A stretch of DNA of 64,000 bases from the NCBI GenBank assembly GCA_964106645.2, contig OZ067052.1, one strand, 5' to 3'. The notes under the pieces are model-generated. The model did not search any database, was not told the origin of the DNA, and saw nothing but the letters and a program-made list of their open reading frames with translations. The first letter of the stretch is position 1. Every line of letters begins with the position of its first letter. Shown here piece after piece: positions 50,713 through 61,320 of the stretch. A program made the translations under genes and the position numbers. Source of the DNA: Podarcis pityusensis (taxonomy: Eukaryota).

Positions 50713-53003
50713 GTACTGAGCCAAGAGGGAAGGGGGCTCATAGGCTCACGGTCAGAGAGGATTCGGAGGTTTTGCAGGTGCAGGGTAACATTTTACTGGT
50801 TGTCCTGGGACTCTTTTCACAAAGTTGCATGTGCTTATCCACAGGTAATACAAAGGGAGAGTTAGTGCCATTCCATTAGGAGTGGTCAGAAGATATCTCT
50901 GAGGTGTTTGTTCTTTTGGTTTCTTTAATATTTAGTTTTGAGCTGGAATTTGGATGGATTCAACCAACAATCTAGAGCGTTCTGGTGTGTTTTAGTGTGA
51001 ATAGCTTACCTACAGAGAAATCTAGTTTTCACACAGAAGATACATTTGGATGCAATACCGGCCCCAAACCATCATCAGGGCAACTAGCCTTTGCCTGAGC
51101 TATCACAGAGCAGCTGACTTAGCACTAGCATGCGACCCAGCACTCGTGGTTTGAGAATCCAATAACAAACTTTGGTTTCCACTTGTGGTTTATTTGGAGA
51201 AAAGCAAGCCACACAAACAGGTTCACATGTAACCCTAAGCCAGCTTCTCCGTGGTTTGTTTCCCTGCTCTGGAAAGCGATGAGCAAAACGAGTGTTTGAG
51301 TTACAGGCACCTACCTGCACACAGCTTGTGCAGAGGCTAATTCCGTGGCCAGTGTTGTATACGAATGAGGCCAATATCTTCATTTAAAAGAAAAGCAATC
51401 ATTTGTAGGATGATCTTTAGAACTGCATATGTCCATTAGGTGCTCAGCTCCCATTTGTATCTTGGCTGCTGTTGTTGCAGCCGCAAGTGACTTTTCCATT
51501 TCACATTTCTGCCACCCTTCCTGCAGGAGTGACTCCTTTGCCTCTAAATATCCTGCAAGTGTATGTACACAGTTCAGAGTTGTAGGCACACATCACAGAA
51601 TGGCTTCCAAATTCCCTTCAGTACTTTTTTGTATGAAATAATCCAGCAAGATTTGTTGAGATCTTGAGATGTCTTATGAGATGACTCCTGTGTCAAACAG
51701 GAATATTGAAAAGGGCCATTAATCTGTTTTGAAAGTGGGGCTAAGACTAAAGTAAAAAGGTCTTCCGGTAAGCTGGTCTTAAGCTGGTGTTAAGAGAATT
51801 GTATTTAGGATGGCAGTTTTAGTTTCCTAACTCACTAAGCGCTACTTTGCATTTGGTGTGGCAGTTGTGTTTGCTGCGGCTGTATTGGCATCCTGGAGAA
51901 GATAGGATGTACACCCCTAAACTCTCCCTAGGGAGCTGCAGCCAGTTCCTAGGCGCTTAAATGGAAGCGCTCACATTTCACACTTTGAAGTTTCTTGCAG
52001 TAAACTGGTGGGGCATCAGGGCTGAATGGATTGCCATATAAATGATGAAGCAGCTCTGAATCTAATGTTGCTAACCCACTTTCCTATGTATGCTGGAGCC
52101 TCTTAAGAGATTGGCTTTCATTGAAGAATGCAAATTCTTAATAACTCTATAAATTGGGCATTGTGTTAAAGAATTACCATATCAACATTAAGAAAGGAGA
52201 ATTCAAGCTTTATAGTAAAGAAGCTTAGAATGCTGTGTATGCATGCATAAAACTAAGGATGTGCGAAAGTGAGCTCCGTTGTCTTGATGACTAAGCAGGG
52301 AGGGTTCTCCCCCTCCCCCTGGAATTTCAAGTAGGGCTGTGCCAAGAGGGAAGGGGGGGCACCGTTTTCACAAACATTTTCATCTGTATCAGAAGGCACA
52401 TGTGTGCGCACACATACGCTCCCCACTCCCCCCCCCCCCCGGTGTCTTTAGGCAATAGGCAGTACAATGAGTTATTTTGCCATCATAGTCCTGATTGGCT
52501 TGGGATCGCCCTTGAGCCCAGTTTAGGAAGCATGGCCATTCTAAATTAACTTTGTCCTATTGATGTCAGCATATAAACAGATCTGACTGGCTGTGTAACA
52601 TTGTGATGTGGTTATGTTCAATATGTGATCCCTGACTGGCTAAGACAAAGAAGCCCTAATCAACAAAGGATATGAGCATTAGGTCAGGTGAACATTAACA
52701 AGAAGGCAAACCATTCTCGACAGTAAGTGATTTTATTGGAAAATATTTTGGAAGACCTTAAAGCACTACCTTCATCCTAAAAATGGAAAGAAGCAAATAT
52801 TTGGTCCAACCATGTTTGCTCCTATGCATCTTCCCTCTCTAAGGGCTGAGGGCCATTTCATATGCTAAGGATTAAAAGGACCTTGCTTGGCTAAACTACA
52901 TTTGGTACTGAACATGGGAGAATAGTCTCACCAACTGTTGAGGAGGAGGTGAAGGATAACACTTTGTGGTCCTCTTCTTCCACTACCTTTTCTGTTCCCC
53001 CAG

Positions 53004-53138
53004 GCACGGGAAGAACTGAGGCCAGTGAAAGACGAATTTGAGGCTAAGAACAAGCAGCTTCTGGAAGAGATGCCCAAATTCTACAGCAGCCGCATCAATT
53101 ACTTCAAGCCAAGTTTTGAATCTCTGATCCGGGCTCAG
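53004..53138 (+). CDS. BIN3: BIN3 internal coding exon (exon 8 equivalent), AREELRPVKDEFEAKNKQLLEEMPKFYSSRINYFKPSFESLIRAQ
   Basis: ttttctgttcccccag|GCA CGG...GCT CAG|gtatga; 135 nt; translated by hand (absent from the ORF track); matches recalled BIN3. Confidence 0.95.
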
Positions 53139-53478
53139 GTATGACTCAGGCAGTCTGTTGCATAAGTATCTGCTTTATTTTCCTTAATGCAACCTAAACA
53201 ACAAGGCTGTTCAGTAGTACTTCAGTAAGAAAGAAGTGAATGCCATATATAGATGCCATCAATCTGCGATGGAATATCCACTAGACACATACCAAAGCCC
53301 TGTGGGGACAGAAGGGATGAGAAGAGTAGGAAGACTGCCGCATCAGCATGCAAGGGGTCTTTAAGTTTGGCTACAGTTTGACAAAAGAAGAAGGGTCATT
53401 CCATACCAAATCACCTGGTGCCATGTGCTCTCAAGACTCAGATTTTCTTCAATTTTTTTTAATGTGTAGATACCTATG

Positions 53479-53841
53479 TAAAAGGTAAAGGTACCCCTGA
53501 CTGTTAGGTCCAGTTGCGGACGGCTGTGGGGTTGCGGCGCTCATCTCCCTCTGTAGGCCGAGGAAGCCGGTGTTTGTCCGCGTCCAGCTTCCGGGTCACG
53601 TGGCCAGCAGGACTAAGCCGCTTCTGGCGAACCAGAGCAGCGCACGGAAACGCCATTTACCTTCCCGCCGGAGCGGTACCTATTTATCTACTTGCACTTT
53701 GACGTGCTTTCAAACTGCTAGGTGGGCAGGAGCTGGGACTGAGCAATGGGAGCTCACCCCGTCGCGGGGATGCAAACCACTGACCTTCTGATCGGCAAGT
53801 CCTAGGCTCTCTGGTTTAACCCAGAGCGCCACCCGCATCCC
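53479..53841 (-). mobile_element. Full-length Sauria SINE with 12-bp TSD
   Basis: TSD TAGATACCTATG at 53467-53478 and 53842-53853; (ACCTTT)n tail on the minus strand. Confidence 0.93.
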
Positions 53842-54249
53842 TAGATACCTATGAGATAACCTCAAATTAATTTTTAAAGATTTTTTGGTCCAAAATTGGG
53901 CGCAGGAGAATTTTTTGAAAATTCTGATTTTCACGTGATTTAGGCTAATGCAATTTCTGCGTCAGTTTAGAAAAAACCTCCTGTTTCACTTATTTTTCAA
54001 CTGATTGGGCTTATTTTAGTATCAAAATAAAGCCAATTGTGGTTTCTTTCAAAATAAGGTATAAATATGGAATTAAGTGAGGCTTTAAGGTCTCTTTGAG
54101 CCTGAAATAACTCACATAACTCACATATTTGTGAGAATAGTTAAAATTGTTCCCTGTTATGTTACAGTGTGATCTGATATATTTTAAAAATTAAGTTTTA
54201 TTGATTATTTAATAAAAACAAAATATGTCTTAGAGCCCTTGTTCATTTT

Positions 54250-54506
54250 AGCCAGTGTGGTGTAGTGGTTAAGAGCAGTAGTCTTGTAATCTGGGGAACC
54301 GGGTTCGAGTCTCCGCTCCTCCACATGCAGCTGTTGAGTGACCTTGGGCCAGTCACACTTCTCTGAAGTCTCTCAGCCCCACTCACCTCACAGAGTGTTT
54401 GTTGTGGGGGAGGAAGGGAAAGGAGAATGTGAGCCGCTTTGAGACTCCTTAAGGGGAGTGAAAGGCGGGATATCAAATCCAAACTCTTCTTCTTCTTCTT
54501 CTTCTT
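54250..54506 (+). mobile_element. Squam3/POM-type tRNA-derived SINE
   Basis: A-box TGGTGTAGTGG, B-box GGTTCGAGTCT, (CTT)n tail. Confidence 0.88.
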
Positions 54507-54582
54507 TATTGTCTAAAGCACTATGGCTTATGGAACCTACCGGGGGTGGGAGATGACAGAAATACACTTTGAATGGTTGGTG

Positions 54583-54886
54583 ACCCACAGAGCCTAGGAC
54601 TTGCCAATCAGAAGGTTGGCGGTTCGAATCCCCGCGACGGGGTGAGCTCCCGTTGCTCGGTCCCAGTTCCTGCCAACCTAGCAGTTCAAAAGCACGTCAA
54701 AGTGCAAGTAGATAAATAGGTACCACTCCGGCGGGAAGGTAAAGGGCGTTTCTGGTTCCCCAGAAGCTGCTTAGTCATGACCCGGAAGCTGCATGCCGGC
54801 TCCCTCGGCCAATAAAGCGAGATGAGCACCGCAACCCCAGAATCGGCCACAACTGGACCTAATGGTCAGGGGTCCCTTTACCTTTA
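54583..54886 (+). mobile_element. Sauria SINE, slightly 5'-truncated, with internal deletions
   Basis: ggttcgaatcc B-box, shared core, CCTTTACCTTTA tail. Confidence 0.9.
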
Positions 54887-55008
54887 CATAGGTATCTACA
54901 CGTTTTAAAAAAAAATTTGAAGAAATTCTGAGTCATGAGAGCACAGTCAAGTATTAAAATCAGGTGGTTTGGTGTGGAAAGACCCAGAATGAAACAACTG
55001 CAAACATA

Positions 55009-55392
55009 CTGTATATACTCGAGTATAAGCCAACTTTTTCAGCACATTTTTTATGCTGAAAAAGCCCCCCTCGGCTTATACTCAAGTGAGGGTCCCTGTC
55101 GGCAGCAGTGGAGGAGGAACGAGCAGCTCGAAAGCAGCCCTTTGGGGCTGCTTGTTCTTCCTCCGCCACTGCCGCCACCAGCCTCTGCCTCTCGGCAGCA
55201 CCCTACGTGGGAGGGCTGGGGGGGAGAGAGAAACCCCCTCTGGCGTGGGCGCATGCGCACCCCCCCCCCCACACACACTCCGGCCACCAGGAGGTTTGTG
55301 GTGTGGTGAACCGGCTTATACTCGAGTCAATAAGTTTTCCCTGTTTTTTGTGGTAAAATTAGGTGCCTCGGCTTATACTCGAGTATATACGG
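55009..55392. mobile_element. Tc1/mariner MITE with GC-rich interior
   Basis: TA TSD; TIR C(T/C)GTATATACTCGAGTATAAGCC; internal GGCTTATACTC repeats. Confidence 0.9.
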
Positions 55393-56107
55393 TATGTAAT
55401 GTTCTACATCCTCCCCACCACCTTTCTCCTCCCCTTCCCTGTCCCTTACAGCATCCCTTCCTTTTCCTCTGGTTTTTCCCACCCATGGAGGAAGGGGGAG
55501 ATCCTTTACATCATATGGACATTGATATTTGTTTTGTTTAAAAAATCTGTGTATTCTCTTCCAATTTGCATTCAAGGTGGCTTAACAAAATGCCATAAAA
55601 ATAATCAAAACTTAATAAGAATACAAAGCAATGGCAGAGAAAAAGAATGCAGAATTTTTCAAAAACAATTTAACTTAAAAGCAGCATATTAAATTTAGCA
55701 ACAAGAAAGGCAATTCGGCAAGCTACATGGTGAAACACAAAAAAATCACATTAGATCAACCCATTCAAAGGCTAAATAGAAAGTAACAGCAATGATACCA
55801 GGCAGAACTCCATTGGGACTGGCTATCTCTCTGGTAGCCAGTCATTTGACGTCCACAGGCAAGGACCTCCATTGACAACCTTACAAGAGCACACTAGAAT
55901 GTAGACTCAGCCCATGATTTGATCAGCTCCAAGCACAGGTCTATTAGGAAGAGACATATAGTGGGGGCATTCTGTTTACTGTGGTTTCAAATAGAGTTGA
56001 AGTGTGTGTGAGATGATCACCTGGTGATGCGTGTCCACACCACCTTTCATTTTATCCTGAGATTGCTGCACAATTATGCACTGGAGAATCATTGCCCTCC
56101 CACGCTA

Positions 56108-56364
56108 GGGAGCCAGTGTGGTGTAGTGGTTAAGAGCGGTGGACTCGTAATCTGGGGAACCGGGTTCGCTTCCCCGCTCCTCCACATGCAGCTGCTGAGT
56201 GACCTTGGGCTAGTCACACTTCTCTGAAGTCTCTCAGCCTCCCTCACCTCACAGAGTGTTTGTTGTGGGGGAGGAAGGGAAAGGAGAATGTGAGCCGCTT
56301 TGAGACTCCTTCGGGTAGGGATAAAGCGGGATATCAAATCCAAACTCCTCTTCTTCTCTTCTTC
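56108..56364 (+). mobile_element. Squam3/POM-type tRNA-derived SINE
   Basis: Near-identical to 54250-54506. Confidence 0.88.
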
Positions 56365-58318
56365 CTTGCTTTGTTACATTGCTTAGACGTCTCAAACCTT
56401 CTTAAAAACCCAAAACAGCACTGTTGTCACTTCTAGATTAGTGGCCTGGTTAGTAGCACAAGGGGGGGGCAGTTTTTAGTTGTCATATATGGGATAGATG
56501 TGTACGGTAGATGTGGTGCTTGTTTTCTCAACCACTGTCTAGCCTACATTGTGAGCAATGGATGATGAATGGTACATTGATGCCTAAGAGCAACCCTCAA
56601 CAACAGTTATTGTCGAGGTCTTTTGTGAACGGAGAAAAGCGGTCAGCTTTTGAGAGTTGTCTTTGCGTCTGGCCTCCTGCTTAGGCACGGGTGCAGGTAG
56701 CTTGCAAACATTTGCAGATGCAGTTGGTGTCACAATGACCCCCAAAGCAGAATTAGTAAGCATTGTGTGAAATGCCAGCCATGATGGGTGGGGGAACAAT
56801 TTTGGTAGATTACAAAAAAGGTTTTAACTGGGGGCGGGGAGGGGCATGTTTTAAAATTCAGGCTTGTCAAGGGGTTTTGTAAACCTGAGAGGTACTGTTG
56901 ACCCCCATTACAGTTTGTAGCCCTGTTAAGGAAACCGAGTCATTTGTCTATTGTGGGAAGATCCAATATGCTGTGTTTTTACCTTCTATGCTCCTTTCTC
57001 ACAAGTAATGAAAAGAACAGGTTCTGAGCTAAGCCTCTGTGGTCATGAAGAAAAACTAAATAATTTAAGCAGCACTTTTACGGGGTCACTTTGACCCCTA
57101 GCACTTTGTCTGTGTGTTTTTCCAGTTTTCTCTGAAATTGAACTCCAGAGTTGTAAGAATACAGAATTAACCCCCACCTAGCTATAAGAATAAAAACATG
57201 GATGTTTCACTAAACTTAGGAAGAAGCATCACACGGTAATAAGCACTTCTTCATAGTCAAGGTATATCTAGAACAGAGCTTTTGAAACTTTTCATGTTGG
57301 TGACACACGTTTTAGACATGCATCATATTCTGACACAGTTTTACTAGCAAACTGAAGGTTAAACTAACTCCTTTCCAGCCCTGGGAGGAGCGCAGGGAGC
57401 ATTCATGCGACACACCTACACACTGCAGCTGATAATGATTGGGAATTTGAATGCTAATGTTTCCCTCTTCATTGCCACTGCAATCCTATGCATGTCTACA
57501 TAGACACTCCATAACCCCACTGTGTTCAAAGAGACTTCCTCTCATGTAAGTGCATGTAGGGTTGCAGCCTAAAAGGGGTTATGAGTTTGTCACCAGATTC
57601 TGTGTGTTGTGCCTGGGCAGATTTCTGGACCATTTGTGTACAAGGCACAAGCTGAAAGGAGAAGCAGCTTCTCTAAAGAAAGTTAGCTGAGCCAGGTTTT
57701 AGATTTAGACCTCTGAGGAGTCCTAACTCGGGGCTGTAATCAATAGACCACATTGCCTTGTTGGGGTCTGCTTAAATAAAGAACTGTGTGCATGACCTCT
57801 ATTTCCTAGCCTGCAGCCGGAACCCACCCATCAGATCGTCCCTCAGCCTTTAAGTCAGAGCAGGAATGAACTCAGGCTGAAAGCATGCAAGTTGTAAATG
57901 GACTGAGCGCCACCCCCAGACCGCTCATTCATCCAGCCGGGCTTCTTTTCAGGATCTCTCCCTTTCCACCCATGCCTCGTTAAGTTTATTTGATTTTCTA
58001 CGGTGTTGTATTACTCAGTGGAATATCTATTTCTGTTCTCTTCTCTTCGTGTACCTTTTTGAGAGTCAAAATATCTTGCTGTGCTGCAGCCCTTGTGGAA
58101 GAAATGCGACCCTGTTCTTTCAGGGAGCTGTTCAAGTGTACAGATTTTTAAAAGAGAGTCCTTCCTAGTTTTCTGATAATAAGACTCAAGGCACATTATT
58201 AGACCTTCAGACTAACAAACAGCAATTCAACAGGTGAAGGTTTTTCCCTGGCTACTTACCTCCATACCAGGAACAGCTTCACCTCTTTAGGTTTTCTGAA
58301 TGTCAGCTTGCTGCTGAA

Positions 58319-58523
58319 TTCAGGTAGGTAGCCGTGTTGGTCTGACACAGTCAAAGTATATTAAAAAATAACAAAATTGCCCAGTAGCACCTTAGAGACC
58401 AACTAAGTTTGTTCTTGGTATAAGCTTTCGTGTGCATATCTGAAGAAGTGTGCATGCACACGAAAGCTTATACCAAGAACAAACTTAGTTGGTCTCTAAG
58501 GTGCTACTGGGCAATTTTTTTAT
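58319..58523. mobile_element. Penelope-like element remnant (inverted pseudo-LTR pair)
   Basis: Perfect 65-bp inverted repeat at 58373-58437 and 58454-58518; flanking direct repeat AGCTTGCTGCT (58305-58315, 58524-58534); hammerhead core. Confidence 0.8.
58436..58475 (+). ncRNA. Minimal type I hammerhead ribozyme-like motif of the Penelope-like element; stem I appears damaged
   Basis: CTGAAGA, stem II GTGTGC-AT-GCACAC, GAAA, palindromic AAGCTT stem III, then UA. Confidence 0.55.
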
Positions 58524-60974
58524 AGCTTGCTGCTAAAAACATTGACTCAGAACCTGTTTAAAAAGGGAAATAAATAAGGCAGTTCTTTATGTAAGGTTTC
58601 GTAATATTTTAACTACAGTTGTAGAGGGTTCCTTGGCCCTTTCCTGAGTTCAGTGTAGTGTAGCCTTGAAGAGCATTAACAGGAAGTCTGTCGGAAATGG
58701 CAGCGGGACCAGGAGTTGACTGGGTGGCTTTAGGCAAGCAGCTTTTCTTCCCTGAGCCCTGCTCTCCCCCTCCCTCTACTGGCCTACCTTAGAGCTGATG
58801 AAGGGGGGGTTGAGATAACGTAAGAATGCATTCTGAGCACTTAGAAGAGGTACTGGACTAAGTATAGTTTAATTTATGGCCAGCAGGAGGATCATCAGGG
58901 GAGAGACTGCAGCTCTTGGGTAGAGCATCTGCTTTCCATGCAGAAGGTGGGTAGGGCAGGAACTGTCCCCTGCCTGGAACTCTGAAAGCCGCTGCCAAGC
59001 CGTGTAGAGTCATGGACCGGTGCTGTAAGGCCACTCCCTGTGTTCCCATGCACATCTGAACCCCTTTGTGTATTGGATACAACAGCCAAGCAAACAGAAG
59101 TGGGAGCTGATGAGTAACAGGCTCATTATTGTCCAGGGATGCCTACTCAGGGGGTCCCTCCCATGCCACCCCCCAATTTCTCTGTTTTAGTTATTAGCAA
59201 CAAAGATGCGTTAGCAACAACCCAAGAGTGTTGCAGTCGGAGGCTCCTCTCTTCAGTGGTGTGGTCTTGATTTTGTTTTCCATATATGGTTTTGTAATTA
59301 TTTATCATTATTGCACAACAGGTTTACTGGCTCATCTGTTCCCAGGAATTGTTCCAGGTCCCAAGAATTGTGGAAAGTAACTTAGGACTTTGAGGCTGTG
59401 CTATTTGACTGCCTTTTCATGCGGCACTCCCAGCTGGCAAGAGAAAACGGCAGCTGCAGTTGCACATGTATGGATTTAATCGTGTAGTAAGCAAAGCGAT
59501 GAGTCTTCCTGTGTTACTCTTCTCTCAATTCCTTCCCACTTCATGTTGCGTAAATGCCTGTTGTGGTGAAGATTGTATTTATAGCAGAAATCCCACCTCA
59601 GAGGTAACAGAGCCCTGAAAGAAACCTGCATGGAGCGTTTGACATGCCAAGGAACATTTTGCGCTATGGCAGTGAGCCTGAGAGAACCTCCAGCCACAAA
59701 GATGAGATAAGAATTTTTTTATTCCATTTTCAGGAGCCATTGTGGTCTAGTGATGAGAATATCAGACTCGGACCAGAGAGATCGAGGTTCAGATTCCCTC
59801 AGCCACAGACACTCTCTCAGCTTAACTTACAAATTTGTTATGAAGAGAAAATGGGGTGCGAAGAACCATCTTTGTCACCTTGAGCTCCTTAAGAGGGCAA
59901 TATAAATCTAATAATTATTTTTCAAATGCACACACACAACAGTCACTTGTTTTCTCCAAACCATTAACTGTTTTAAGAAAGTGTGCCGTGATTGTAGATG
60001 GTTTGTTCTCCAAAACATCCTAAGTTTAACTGCAGTTAGTCTAGGCTCAAAAGTGAGATAAGACCAGAGACAAAGGCCAGAGGAGGAGGGGGGGGAACGT
60101 GGTGTGTGAACCTGAGGCTCTTGCTTGCAGCCTTAGAACATAGCTTAGCAGAAGGGCTTGACTCCCTTGTAAGCAACCTTAGTCACATATTGTGCGAAAA
60201 GGCTGCCATAGTATGAAACAACAACAAATACCCTACACGCCCCTCCCAACACTGCTTCCCTCTTAGAGGGGGGGGGGGGGAATGCAGCAAATAGATGCCA
60301 GTTCGTGTGTCACAGCTTTGCAAAGAATTGGGGGAAACCCACTTGCTCTTGGGTCACCCACCCTGCCTGATGCACCATCCCCCCCCCCCCCGTCTGGTGA
60401 ATATTGAGGGTAATGTTCTAATGATAAATACTTCTGCCCACCCACAAACTTTTCCCCAGTCATAGGCTTTGAAGTTCCTACACAAAGATGAAAGGGGGAG
60501 AGTTTGTGCTCGCTTGTTGATGAAGGCTTGCGAAGAACACTTCCTTCTCTTCTTGTTCTTATCGGTTTCTGGTTTTAAATAATTTCTCAGTGTTTAAGAC
60601 ATCTGTTGCTGGAAGGGTTGTGTGAGTACATGCACATGTTGCATGTACACACATGTATGTACCCAGCAGGTGCATCAAGTCAGTTTTCAGAAGCTCTAGC
60701 TAGGGAATCAGTTTCATTTGTGAGTGACTACAATTAGTGTGGGCAAAAGAAGCATCTTTCTTATCTACGCAGTGCTAGCATACTGCCTTGTCCTCATGGA
60801 TACAAGAGGAGAGGAAGCTTTCCACTAACATAGAACAACTCACCAAGAACAAAGATGCCAAATAATCCTATGTAACTTGAAAAGTGGGATGTTTCAGCTG
60901 TTTCAATTAGTATGACATTTTATTTGAAGACTAGTACCCTTCTTCTTCTTTGGTGATCACTCATAGCCGAGTAA

Positions 60975-61320
60975 GGGATGCAGGTAGCACTGTGGTCTAA
61001 ACCACAGAGCCTAGGGCTTGTCGATCAGAAAGTTGGTGGTTCAAATCCCCGCGAGGGAGTAAGCTCCCGTTGCTCGGTCCCTGCTCCTGCCAACCTAGCA
61101 GTTCAAAAGCACGTCAAAGTGCAAGTAGATAAATAGGTACCGTTCTGGCGGGAAGGTAAACGGCGTTTCCATGCGCTGCTCTGGTTCGCCAGAAGCAGTT
61201 TAGTCATGCTGGTCACATGACCCGGAAGCTGTACGCCGGCTCCCTTGGCCAGTAAAGCGAGATGAGCAAAGCAACCCCAGAGTCGTCTGCGACTGGACCT
61301 AATGGTCAGGGGTCCCTTTA
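60975..61320 (+). mobile_element. Sauria SINE
   Basis: Full head and core matching the other copies; short CCTTTA tail. Confidence 0.9.

Noticed and set aside
58003-58062. GTG TTG TAT TAC TCA (VLYYS) after a pyrimidine-rich tract resembles the start of the BIN3 last exon (VVYYSE)
   Set aside because: Preceded by CG rather than AG; similarity ends after five codons and a stop follows at codon 20; the true last exon is probably beyond 64000
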